Program-made: the position numbers and the translations under genes | Assembly: GCA_019415505.1 (NCBI GenBank) | Contig: DXZC01000001.1 | Location: 1-63,536, forward strand | Length of the DNA stretch: 63,536 bases | Source of the DNA: Peptococcaceae bacterium | Lineage (GTDB): Bacteria > Bacillota > Dehalobacteriia > UBA7702 | Reading direction: 5' to 3' | Notes under the pieces: generated by a model | Seen by the model: only the letters and a program-made list of their open reading frames with translations | Told to the model about the DNA's origin: nothing | Database searches by the model: none | Shown: positions 32,583 through 41,936 of the stretch, piece by piece | Numbering within the stretch: the stretch's first letter is position 1 | Layout of the letters: each line of letters starts with the position of its first letter

Positions 32583-33530
32583 ATGAAACATATCTTTATT
32601 ATTAACCCCGTAGCTGGCAAGGGACAGTTTCAACGGGAGCTGGTAAGAACCATTACCTCGGTATGCCCCGACCTGACCCCGGATTGGGAGATCTATGAAA
32701 CCAAGTCCATTGGCGACGCTCTGTTTTTTGCCAAGAATTATCCAGGCAATGCTGAGGTTCGCTTCTATGCCGTGGGCGGCGACGGTACTTTAAACGAGGT
32801 AGTAAACGGCGCCAGGGCCAGGGGCAACGCTGAAATAGGTCTCTTTCCCTGCGGCTCAGGTAATGACTTTGTGCGCCTCTTTCAAAACCCCGCGGCCTTT
32901 TTATCTGTAGAAGGCCAGATTAAGGGCGCAACCCAGGCTATAGATTTAATAAAAAGCGCCGGGAATTACTGCATTAATATGTGCAATTTGGGCTTAGACG
33001 CTCAAACAGCCGCCGATGTACACCGCTTTACCAGGGTTATGCCAGGGCCTATGGCTTATTCCCTCTCCTTAATGAACCGGCTGGTCCACAAAATGGGCCT
33101 GGATATCAGGGTAACTTTGGACAGCGGCGAGGTAATCAGCGGCGACTTTATTCTGGCTACCTTTGCCAATGGCATTGCCTATGGCGGCGGTTACTATGCC
33201 GCTCCCAAAGCCAGATTTGACGACGGGCTCATGGATATTTGCCTGGTTAAGCCGGTAAAACGCCTGAAAATAGCCAACCTACTCAACGTTTATAAAAACG
33301 GCGGACACCTGGATGACTCCCGTTTTGACGAACTTCTGCTATACCGCCGCAGCGCCTGGGCTAAAATAGAGACAAGCGAGCCCCAGAAGCTATGTTTAGA
33401 CGGCGAGATACTTACCACAGATAAGGCGGAACTGAAAATTGAGCCCAAAGCAATTAAGCTGGTTATACCCCAGGGCGCGGCAAGAATTGAAAAGTACACG
33501 CCAAAGCCACAAAAGGAACAAGAATGTTAG
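32583..33530 (+). CDS. diacylglycerol/lipid kinase family protein (YegS/DagK type)
   Basis: GGDGTLNEV motif; 315 aa. Confidence 0.85.
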   Translation: MKHIFIINPVAGKGQFQRELVRTITSVCPDLTPDWEIYETKSIGDALFFAKNYPGNAEVRFYAVGGDGTLNEVVNGARARGNAEIGLFPCGSGNDFVRLFQNPAAFLSVEGQIKGATQAIDLIKSAGNYCINMCNLGLDAQTAADVHRFTRVMPGPMAYSLSLMNRLVHKMGLDIRVTLDSGEVISGDFILATFANGIAYGGGYYAAPKARFDDGLMDICLVKPVKRLKIANLLNVYKNGGHLDDSRFDELLLYRRSAWAKIETSEPQKLCLDGEILTTDKAELKIEPKAIKLVIPQGAARIEKYTPKPQKEQEC

Positions 33531-33579
33531 TTATGCTTAACTGGCATTTATTACCAGCTCTGTAATTAAGGAGGCTGCT

Positions 33580-35526
33580 ATGAAAAAAAAGTTACTCACA
33601 TTGCTACTGATTTTAACCTGCGCCGCGGCGCTATGCGGTTGCAATAATACAGCTACAGACGACTACGCCCTACCGGCATATGACCACGCAGCTTTGGAGG
33701 ATTTAAAAAATAGCATCACCGAAGAGGAAAAGAACCAATACGCTGATATAATCGTCACTGAAGTGGCGGTGATTGGTAGCGACCCTGAGGGCGTCGCAGC
33801 GGCAGTATCCGCCGCCCGCAATGGTATGGATACCAAACTGGTGGACTTTGGCCGGGACAAGGTCGGGGGTCTCTATACCTTGGGCTGGCTCAATATGATA
33901 GACCTTAATTATGCGACAAAGGGCGGTACAGAATCTATTAACCAGGGTATTTTTGGGGAGGTACTGGCAGCCAATGACCAAAAAACTTCCTTCTCGGTAG
34001 AAAAGATGGCAGACATCTTCGACGATTTACTGGCAGAAGCCGGGGTGGACACTAAAACAGATTACAGTAAAGATTACGAAGTTATAGCGGACAACGGTAG
34101 CATTACCGGTGTTGTCCTACAGGATGACGGCAAAAGCATACTTTTAAAAGCCGTGGAATTTATCGACGCCACCCAAAACGCGGATATAGCTAGGGCAGCG
34201 GGAGCGGAATATGACGAAGGCTTGGCAGAACTGGGCCTAGAGGGAGAACGGGGCTGCGATACCCTAGTTTTTCAGCTTTCCGGGGTTGACTGGAATACAG
34301 TTAAGGAAACTTTAAAAAATGACGGCAATGAAAATACCGGCGCCGACGAAGCCAGCGCCTGGGGCTATAGTGAAATTACAGACTGTGAAATAAGCGACCC
34401 GGATATATATATGCGGGGTCCCAATATCGGCTTGCAGGAGGACGGTACGATTCTCCTCAATGGCTTGCAAATCTTTAATATGGATATTCATGACCCAGCA
34501 GCTATGGAGGATATGCGCCAAAGGGTAATAAACACCTTGGAAACGGAGCTTATACCCTATATGCGGGAGAACTTTACAGGCTGGGCCAATGCTGAATTAG
34601 TAGGGGTGGCGCCGGAATTTTACATTCGGGAATCCTACCACCTTAAAACCATGGAACAGCTTACCGGCGAGGATATATTCCAAAGCAATTTTGGCTCTAG
34701 TTTCATTGCTTGCGGCAGTTATGCCATAGATTTACAAGCCAGGGCCAAAGGTCTATTTGGCATAGCCCTCTACGGTACCTCACCCTATGGTATTCCCTAT
34801 GGCGCTATGGTGACTCCCGAAATCAGCAACCTGCTGGTGGCCAGTAAATGCGCCGGTTACGACGCTATAGCCGCAGGTTCCGCCCGCACCGTGCCGGTGG
34901 GGATGTCCCTAGGCCAGGCGGCCGGAGCTAGCGCCGCCTACGCCATAACCAACGCCAGCCCAGACTTTCGGGATTTAGTGGGCAATGACGAAAAAATAGC
35001 CGAGATACGCTCCCTATTAAATAGTCAGAACGCTAACTTAATAGTTCGAGAGCAAACGGAACTGCAAAAGGCTACAGCAGCCAGCGATTATTATGAGGCT
35101 ATTAAATACCTGCGAGGTAAAGGACTGCTAACCTGCGGCTACAGCAATGATTATAAGCTCCAGGAGAAGGCTGACAGAGCCAGTCTCAACAGTATTCAGT
35201 ACGCTATGTCCTCTAATTCCCCCTACAATGTACCCAACATTTCTACAGACCAGATTGCTGAAAATAAAACCCTGGACCAAGGGGATATTGCCATTATAAT
35301 TAGGACGTTTCTAGGTACTTCCGCCACAGAGATGGAGGATTACCTAGACCAAGGTATTTTATCGGAAGCAGTATACCAAGGCGTTACCTCAGGTGACGCT
35401 GTGACTAACGAAGTATTTTACGGCGTTATGGCGGATGTGGTAAAATATATGGCGGCAGCAGGCGACCAATATTACAGCGCGGCCTACAAAACAACAGCTG
35501 ACGCCGAGGAAACCTCCCAAACTTAA
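33580..35526 (+). CDS. lipoprotein of the FAD-dependent-oxidoreductase-like family with a C-terminal SLH-like segment
   Basis: Lipobox ALCGCNN. N-terminal Rossmann-like VAVIGSDPEGVAAAVSAARNG with an atypical GxGxxG. The family assignment is tentative. Confidence 0.55.
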   Translation: MKKKLLTLLLILTCAAALCGCNNTATDDYALPAYDHAALEDLKNSITEEEKNQYADIIVTEVAVIGSDPEGVAAAVSAARNGMDTKLVDFGRDKVGGLYTLGWLNMIDLNYATKGGTESINQGIFGEVLAANDQKTSFSVEKMADIFDDLLAEAGVDTKTDYSKDYEVIADNGSITGVVLQDDGKSILLKAVEFIDATQNADIARAAGAEYDEGLAELGLEGERGCDTLVFQLSGVDWNTVKETLKNDGNENTGADEASAWGYSEITDCEISDPDIYMRGPNIGLQEDGTILLNGLQIFNMDIHDPAAMEDMRQRVINTLETELIPYMRENFTGWANAELVGVAPEFYIRESYHLKTMEQLTGEDIFQSNFGSSFIACGSYAIDLQARAKGLFGIALYGTSPYGIPYGAMVTPEISNLLVASKCAGYDAIAAGSARTVPVGMSLGQAAGASAAYAITNASPDFRDLVGNDEKIAEIRSLLNSQNANLIVREQTELQKATAASDYYEAIKYLRGKGLLTCGYSNDYKLQEKADRASLNSIQYAMSSNSPYNVPNISTDQIAENKTLDQGDIAIIIRTFLGTSATEMEDYLDQGILSEAVYQGVTSGDAVTNEVFYGVMADVVKYMAAAGDQYYSAAYKTTADAEETSQT

Positions 35527-35553
35527 ATCAGAACTCAACATTTTTATAAGCCC

Positions 35554-35588
35554 AAGCCCGGTATTCGTGTTAAGCGAATACCGGGCTT
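35554..35588. terminator. strong hairpin after the FAD-lipoprotein gene
   Basis: AAGCCCGGTATTCG-7 nt-CGAATACCGGGCTT, a perfect 14-bp stem. Confidence 0.7.
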
Positions 35589-35779
35589 AATAGTATAGTT
35601 ATTTAATTATTGGCAGCTCATTCAGCTCCCCCATACATTTATCCATTGGCTTTCCGCGGCTAACCAGAAAAAACTAAGCTCATATTACACAACCCCCAAC
35701 AGCCTAATACCGACTGAGGAATTAACAAGAGAGCCGGGCTTGGTTGTCAAAATAGTAAGGAGACGCCAGCCGCCCTATT

Positions 35780-36103
35780 TTAATGGGTAGCGCCAACGGT
35801 ATTGAGTATTATTACCCCCGCCAGTACCAGGCAAATGCCGACAATCCCCATAAAGGAAATGGTTTCTTTAAAAATAAGGATAGATAGCAGGGTGGCGGCG
35901 ACTATGCCCACGCCGCACCAGGTAGCGTAAGCTATACTTAAATTTATGGTTTGCAAGGACTTAGCAAAGAAAACGTAACAGACGCCGTAAAATAGCAAAG
36001 TAAAGAGGGAAGGCCACAACTTGCTAAAGCCGTCAGAATATTTCATGCAGGTTGTACCAAATAGCTCGCAGATAATAGCGACAGCTAAATAAACATAGGA
36101 CAT
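35780..36103 (-). CDS. SMR-family multidrug efflux protein (EmrE/QacE-like)
   Basis: 107 aa, 4 TM helices, membrane-embedded Glu in AIICELFGT. Confidence 0.87.
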   Translation of the reverse strand: MSYVYLAVAIICELFGTTCMKYSDGFSKLWPSLFTLLFYGVCYVFFAKSLQTINLSIAYATWCGVGIVAATLLSILIFKETISFMGIVGICLVLAGVIILNTVGATH

Positions 36104-36104
36104 T

Positions 36105-36560
36105 TTATTTTACCTCCCCTGCTTGCTCTGGAAGGAGAGCGCGCAATTCTTGATAAAAGTCGTTAGTTAAGTCCAAGAACGCCGCTGTTTTTTCCGGGCC
36201 GAGATTGGCAAACGCCTGAGCCTCCAAATTAGCGAACATATTGAGAATATCGTCAGCATAAGCCTGCCCCTGGGGGGTAAGGGCCAGGAGTTTATTCCTC
36301 TTATCCTGGGGCTGGGGCTTACGCTCTAAATAGCCCTTGTCCGACAGGCTGACCAGCACATTATGCACCGTCTGTTTTGGTAACAGCAGTTTTTCACAAA
36401 TGAATTTTAAAGTACAACATTGCGGGTATTCCACTATAATATAGAGAATGTACCAGGTGTTTAGCGTTATACCCTTGGATTTAGCTAGTTTGTCATAAGC
36501 GTCATTAACGCCAAACCAAAAGTCATAGTAGCGCTTTACATTGCCGTCTATTTGTATCAT
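36105..36560 (-). CDS. MarR-family transcriptional regulator
   Basis: Winged-HTH region LPKQTVHNVLVSLSDKGYLERKPQPQDKR. It lies directly upstream of the SMR gene. Confidence 0.82.
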   Translation of the reverse strand: MIQIDGNVKRYYDFWFGVNDAYDKLAKSKGITLNTWYILYIIVEYPQCCTLKFICEKLLLPKQTVHNVLVSLSDKGYLERKPQPQDKRNKLLALTPQGQAYADDILNMFANLEAQAFANLGPEKTAAFLDLTNDFYQELRALLPEQAGEVK

Positions 36561-36570
36561 AATAACCCCC

Positions 36571-36601
36571 TTAAATTAGTCCTTAGATAGGACTAATTTA
36601 A
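36571..36601. promoter_or_regulatory. candidate MarR operator
   Basis: TTAAATTAGTCCT-TAGAT-AGGACTAATTTAA, perfect 13-bp arms, 10 nt upstream of the marR start. Confidence 0.6.
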
Positions 36602-36624
36602 CATGACACGGCTTTTTTGTCAAG

Positions 36625-36658
36625 TAAAAAAGTGGGCGCCAAAGCTTGGCGCCCACTT
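36625..36658 (-). terminator. rho-independent terminator of the LysM gene
   Basis: AAGTGGGCGCCAA/TTGGCGCCCACTT stem followed by TTTTT in minus sense. Confidence 0.8.
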
Positions 36659-36684
36659 GAGAGATTAATCACGATATTGAATTA

Positions 36685-38457
36685 TTACATAAGCTTATTG
36701 GCGGTTTCAGCGGGTAAAAGTAAGAGAACCTCACCAGCGTAAATCATATCCTCATCTTTAACACAGGGGTTAGCCGCCAGAATTTGCGGTACCGTCAGGC
36801 CGAAGCGCCGGGCTATAGAGTATAAGGTGTCACCCTTTTCCACCGTATAGCGGCGCGGCTCAGTTAACGCCGCCCGTTCTTCGTAATCATCGTAAAAATC
36901 CTCTTCATCCCGGAGGCAGCTTTTACCACGTATGGGTATCATCAGTACCCAGCCAGCCTCAATATAATTGGGATTTTGAATCTGCGGATTATTACGCACA
37001 ATGGCGTTGACCGAAATGCCGTACATCCGGGCAATTTTATAAAGGGTATCCCCTTCTTTCACCATATAGCAGATACATTCTACCTGACCGACGGGGACAA
37101 CAATTTTTTGACCGGGGAAAATAAGGTCAGGGTTAGAAATTTGGGGGTTAGCAGCTAAAAGGCTTTCCAAAGAGACATTATAAAGCTTAGCTATTTCATA
37201 GAGGGTATCGCCGGGCTGTACTATATAGGTTACGCCATGACGGGACCTGGTATCTTCATCTTCTCTAGCTCTGGTAGGTATAATCACCATTGTTTGGGGA
37301 TAAATAAGGTCGGGATTTTCAATCTGGGGATTAGCCGCAATAAGGGCTCCCAAGGGAATATTATAAAGCGCGGCAATAGAGGAGAGAGTTTCACCCTTCT
37401 GGACCTGGTGGGGTCCGGGTATACGCAGGGTTTCACCGGGGAAAATCATATCGGGGTTTTCAATTTCCGGATTGGCGTTTAACAGGGATTCAATAGTTAG
37501 ATTATACTTTTTAGCAATTTTATAAAGGGTATCGCCCTGTCTCACTATATAGGTAGCCATGTCGCCGTTAGGCTGACGGGGAATAGCAATTTTTTGGCCA
37601 ACGTCTATCATATCCGGATTTTTAATTTGCGGATTTACCGCAATGAGGGTATTTAAGTCCACGCCGTAGCTGCGGGCAATGGAGAAGAGAGTTTCACCCT
37701 GGCGCACATAATGGAAGCCGGGAAGATATAACTGCATACCCGGAACTATTGCATCGGGGTTCTGAATCTGAGGATTAGCGCGAATTAGAGAATCCAGATT
37801 CAGGGCATAACGCTGGGCGATGTTAAAGAAGGTATCACCGCTCTTGACAAAGTATAGTCTGCCGTTATTTTCGTTAGACGGACCAGGCGCTGGCGGTGTA
37901 GGCGGTGTGGGAGGAGTAGGCGGTACCGGGGGTTGGGGAGGAGCAGGCGGTTTTACCGGAGTTCTAGGAACATTGATTCTCTGGCCTGGATAAATCATAT
38001 TGGGGTCTTTAATCTGGGGATTAAGGCGTATTAATTCACTCAAGGATATACCAAACTTTTTAGCGATACTCCACATAGTATCACCGGCCCGGACTGTATA
38101 AGTCCCCCCAGCGGAGCTACCGCCGGAGCCACCGGAACCGCCGGAGCCCTGGGGAATAAAAATTTTCTCGCCGATACTGATTTTATCGCCATCGGTTACT
38201 TGGGGATTGGCCTTCAACAGAGCTTCTAAAGATACCCCGAATTTTCTGGCAATGAGCCACATGGTATCCCCGGGTTGCACCACATAATAATGGGAGCCAT
38301 CCTTGGCAGGCAAGGGAATATTAATCTTATTGCCCGGATATATTCTATTGGGGTCCTTAATCTGGGGATTGGCCTTTACCAAGTCTTCTAAGGTAACGCC
38401 AAATTTCTTGGCGATAAGCCAGAGGGTATCGCCTTTGACAACAGTATATGTCTGCAT
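36685..38457 (-). CDS. protein made of ten LysM peptidoglycan-binding domains (no signal peptide, no catalytic domain)
   Basis: Ten repeats of YxVxxGDTLxxIAxxYxxxxxxLxxxNPxIxNPDxIxxGxxIxIP. A GS linker and a Pro-rich PPxP linker are present. Confidence 0.9.
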   Translation of the reverse strand: MQTYTVVKGDTLWLIAKKFGVTLEDLVKANPQIKDPNRIYPGNKINIPLPAKDGSHYYVVQPGDTMWLIARKFGVSLEALLKANPQVTDGDKISIGEKIFIPQGSGGSGGSGGSSAGGTYTVRAGDTMWSIAKKFGISLSELIRLNPQIKDPNMIYPGQRINVPRTPVKPPAPPQPPVPPTPPTPPTPPAPGPSNENNGRLYFVKSGDTFFNIAQRYALNLDSLIRANPQIQNPDAIVPGMQLYLPGFHYVRQGETLFSIARSYGVDLNTLIAVNPQIKNPDMIDVGQKIAIPRQPNGDMATYIVRQGDTLYKIAKKYNLTIESLLNANPEIENPDMIFPGETLRIPGPHQVQKGETLSSIAALYNIPLGALIAANPQIENPDLIYPQTMVIIPTRAREDEDTRSRHGVTYIVQPGDTLYEIAKLYNVSLESLLAANPQISNPDLIFPGQKIVVPVGQVECICYMVKEGDTLYKIARMYGISVNAIVRNNPQIQNPNYIEAGWVLMIPIRGKSCLRDEEDFYDDYEERAALTEPRRYTVEKGDTLYSIARRFGLTVPQILAANPCVKDEDMIYAGEVLLLLPAETANKLM

Positions 38458-38723
38458 AAAAAGAGCACCTTCCTTTATATGTTTTCACTAAAGAATATGC
38501 TTTTACAGCCAAATGTTGCTTGACCCAAAGCGATAAATAGTAAATAATGTCAGATAACCCTTCAGGGACGTGCCCATGTCAAAAAATTATACTATCAGTG
38601 TAAAAATATTAAACTAAAAATTTACAAGCTACCTCTTTACTATAAAGCAATTTTTTGTGATAATTAGACTACAAAGATAAAGCGCCATAAATGGCGCAGA
38701 AAAAATAAGGAGGTAATTCTAAA

Positions 38724-39353
38724 ATGGCAACTTTAGAATCCGTAGCTCAATGTGTTATTACTGGTAACTTAGGTCAGGTTAAAGGTGAAGTTCAGGCTCT
38801 TATCGACGCCGGTACTGCTCCCCTCGACATCATCAACAAAGGCCTCATCGAAGGCATGAACGTTGTAGGTCCCCGCTTCAAAGCTGGTGAAATGTTTGTT
38901 CCCGAAGTTCTCATGGCTGCTAAAGCAATGGGCGCTGGTGTTGAATTGGTTAAACCCCTCTTGGGTGGCGATGATATGCCTTCCTTGGGTAAAGTTGTTC
39001 TCGGTACCGTTAAAGGTGACTTGCATGACATCGGCAAAAACTTGGTCGGTATGATGCTCGAATCCACCGGTTTCACCGTAATCAACGTTGGTATCGACGT
39101 AGCTCCCGAAGATTTCCTCAAAGCTGCTAAAGACAGCAACGCTGATATCGTAGCTATGTCCGCTTTGTTGACAACCACCATGTTGGCAATGAAAGAAACC
39201 ATCGACCTCTTCAAAGAAAACGGCGTAAACTGCAAAATGATCGTTGGTGGCGCTCCTGTATCCCAGGAATTTGCTGATGAAATCGGCGCTGACGGCACCG
39301 CTGCTGATGCTGCTGCTGCTTGCGACCTCTGCAAAGAATTGTTGGCCAAATAA
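38724..39353 (+). CDS. methyltransferase cognate corrinoid protein (B12-binding, MtaC/MtbC/MtgC type)
   Basis: N-terminal helical cap plus a Rossmann B12 domain with DxHxxG (GDLHDIGKN), MSALLTTT and GGAPV motifs. Confidence 0.87.
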   Translation: MATLESVAQCVITGNLGQVKGEVQALIDAGTAPLDIINKGLIEGMNVVGPRFKAGEMFVPEVLMAAKAMGAGVELVKPLLGGDDMPSLGKVVLGTVKGDLHDIGKNLVGMMLESTGFTVINVGIDVAPEDFLKAAKDSNADIVAMSALLTTTMLAMKETIDLFKENGVNCKMIVGGAPVSQEFADEIGADGTAADAAAACDLCKELLAK

Positions 39354-39390
39354 TTGAACTTTTGACCTTAAAATTCAAAGAATATTTTAA

Positions 39391-39420
39391 CGGGTCAGCC
39401 TCTAGGCTGGCCCGTTTTAT
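39391..39420 (+). terminator. rho-independent terminator of the corrinoid-protein gene
   Basis: CGGGTCAGCC-5 nt-GGCTGGCCCG followed by TTTT. Confidence 0.8.
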
Positions 39421-39504
39421 ATTATAATTAATCTTTCAATATGCTGGCTTGATTCGTATTATAATCCTCTTGACCCTGCTATTTCGTAAAAGTAGGGCAA
39501 CAAC

Positions 39505-39537
39505 AAATATATCATACTATAATAGTATGATATATTT
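39505..39537. promoter_or_regulatory. perfect 33-bp palindrome (16-1-16) upstream of the CGGC gene
   Basis: AAATATATCATACTAT-A-ATAGTATGATATATTT. It contains TACTATAAT-like -10 sequences on both strands. Confidence 0.6.
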
Positions 39538-39579
39538 AGCCCAAAATCAGCAATTTTCAGTTTTAGGGAGGTACTAACC

Positions 39580-39912
39580 ATGAAGTTAGGCGTAATTAGA
39601 TGTATGCAAACAGAAGATTATTGCCCAGGCACGGCAGATTTTAGGGCAATTCAAGAAAAAACTGGGGTGTTTGAAAACATTGCAGAAAATATTGAAATTA
39701 TTGGCTTTATAAATTGTGGCGGTTGCCCTGGGAAAAAATCAGTATTAAGGGCCAGAGAATTAGTAAAAAGAGGAGCAGATACCATTGCTTTGGCCAGCTG
39801 TATTCAAAAAGGAACGCCCATTGGCTACCCTTGCCCCTTTGCCAAAAAGATGGAAAAGCTGCTGCAAAATGATTTAGGGGAAAGTGTTAAACTTCTGGAT
39901 TATACGCATTAA
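39580..39912 (+). CDS. CGGC-domain protein
   Basis: CPG..., NCGGCPG and SC...CP cysteine pattern characteristic of the CGGC domain; 110 aa. Confidence 0.8.
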   Translation: MKLGVIRCMQTEDYCPGTADFRAIQEKTGVFENIAENIEIIGFINCGGCPGKKSVLRARELVKRGADTIALASCIQKGTPIGYPCPFAKKMEKLLQNDLGESVKLLDYTH

Positions 39913-40149
39913 CAATCTCTGAATTGCGGTGTGGCATTCCACAAATAAACTGCAAGGTATTTTAGGGAAAATGTACCCTTTTCTCCGGTTGATACGGAAC
40001 TTTTCCCAATTCACTTTCGCACTGATTTGTATATCTCCTTGGGCGCTGTATTACTTCCATGTGGGCGATATTTGGGCATGAAATGGTTAACTGATAAATA
40101 TTTACATGGTTAAATCAGTTCAAAATGACGCCCATCTTGACAAAGGAAA

Positions 40150-40285
40150 CTTATACAGAGATACCTAAAGATATATGACCCTAAATGGTAAACCTTTATT
40201 TAAGCCATTTTTACAGGTTTTTAAAAGCGCCGGCGGGAAGTTATAAAGGATTTACGGCTATAAAATCCATAAAAAATAGTATTTC
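40150..40285 (+). repeat. copy A of a diverged direct repeat of about 140 bp
   Basis: Aligns by eye (about three quarters of positions) with 41477-41614. Shared blocks are cttatacag, aagatatat, aaacctttattt(t)aagcc and ctataaaatccataaaaa(a)tagtatttc. Confidence 0.7.
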
Positions 40286-40685
40286 ATTTAGTGGATTTAT
40301 AAAGCCTCAAACTGCAAAAGCTCTTGTCAATACTGACCTTTTTTGGCAGTTTGTTGCTATCAAAACAGTAAGGTCTTTTGACGCTTTGGTCCCCTAATTT
40401 CTCGCGGCAATATAAAAAAAACAATATAAACAGATATAAGTAACTACCATAATTTTCGAGAACAAAAGCACTTATTGCTTTCGCTCTCTTATCTGCCACA
40501 CGAGCAGGGACATTCGTACTTGTCAATGGAGAGCAATTCACAAAGCCCGTTCATCTTAACCAGTGACGAGTGAGAATGGCTGTGCTATTTATAGGATGGG
40601 GAGAAAAATTTACAACTTGCTGGTAAAATATATATGATATAAGAATTTACAAAGCGGAAGTTGTTATGATAAGAGGGGTGATTTC

Positions 40686-41036
40686 ATGAAAAATGAAAAA
40701 GTATTTGCGATGAAGATTTCTAAAGTATATCCACTACTGGTGAAGAAAGCGGAGCAAAAAGGTAGAACACGAGATGAAGTTAATGAAGTGATCTGTTGGC
40801 TGACAGGATATACAGTTGATGATTTAATTTGTCAGATTAAGAAAGATGTTGATTATGAAACATTCTTTCGAGAAGCTCCACATTTGAATCCGAATTGTCA
40901 TTTGATTACAGGGAGTATTTGCGGTGTTAAAGTTCAAGAGATAGAAGACCCCTTAATGCAAAAGATACGATACTTAGACAAGCTCGTCGACGAGCTTGCA
41001 AAAGGAAAAGCTATGGAAAAAATTCTTAGAAAATAA
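40686..41036 (+). CDS. DUF2200-family protein
   Basis: KAEQKGRTRDEVNEVICWLTGY ... RYLDKLVDELAKGKAMEKILRK matches my recollection of the DUF2200 consensus. Confidence 0.78.
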   Translation: MKNEKVFAMKISKVYPLLVKKAEQKGRTRDEVNEVICWLTGYTVDDLICQIKKDVDYETFFREAPHLNPNCHLITGSICGVKVQEIEDPLMQKIRYLDKLVDELAKGKAMEKILRK

Positions 41037-41476
41037 TGTGAAATAAAAGAGAAAGACAATAACTCGTTTGTAAGGGTTTGGGATAATCCCAACAAACAAA
41101 AATATAAAGCATTTTTACGGAAAGGGTATCCCGTTCCTATGCTTGCTACGGAACTTTTACAGTACTTTTTCTCGGCGGTGGATTTTCTGAAAGGAACGGA
41201 ATGAAAAGGACATCTTAACAACCCATAGCCATTTTGGGTTATAGGTAAGGTTACGCAGTTAAAGATTGATTTTGTAGGTAAAGGAATAAACTCCTTACCA
41301 CTTGAAAATCAGGTCTGTAAAACTCTTATTTTCAATGCCTATTCTGTTCTTATTCCATAACACAACAAAGGCGAAAGCCAAAATTTCAAGTCCTTGCAAA
41401 ATTGTGGTATGGGGATATTGATACAACTTTGTGATGCCAAAATGGTGACCAACCTTGCCAAACCACCTTATACAGC

Positions 41477-41614
41477 GATACAAAGATATATACGACTTTA
41501 TGCGGAAAACCTTTATTTTAAGCCGTTTTTATGGGGTTTTATAAACACATACAAGAAGTCATAAAACGATTTCCGTCTATAAAATCCATAAAAATAGTAT
41601 TTTCCCAGTCGGTT
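41477..41614 (+). repeat. copy B of a diverged direct repeat of about 140 bp
   Basis: See copy A. Weaker similarity extends upstream of both copies (tacggaactttt block at 39997 and 41148). Confidence 0.7.
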
Positions 41615-41936
41615 AAGGTCTCTCTAGAAGCTAGTCCCTGGTTTGGTTACTGGATTTCTTATAAAATGAGCCTATATGTAAAGTGGAAAACTGCCGCTTG
41701 GTACTCAAATGAACAAAAGAGTTCCGGACAGTAACATACAGTTATGACAAGATAGGAGAGGTTTGACATTTCCGCAAGCTGATATTAAAATGGAAAAGGT
41801 TCAATGCTGGTCGTTCGCTTTTGGCGGATCAGCGCAGACCAATGAAAACAAGACTTAGAGAGGTGTTAAAGGTGAAATACTGCATTGCAGTTGCCGATAT
41901 AGTCACATAAGAAAAAACCAGTATGGAGGATGCAAA

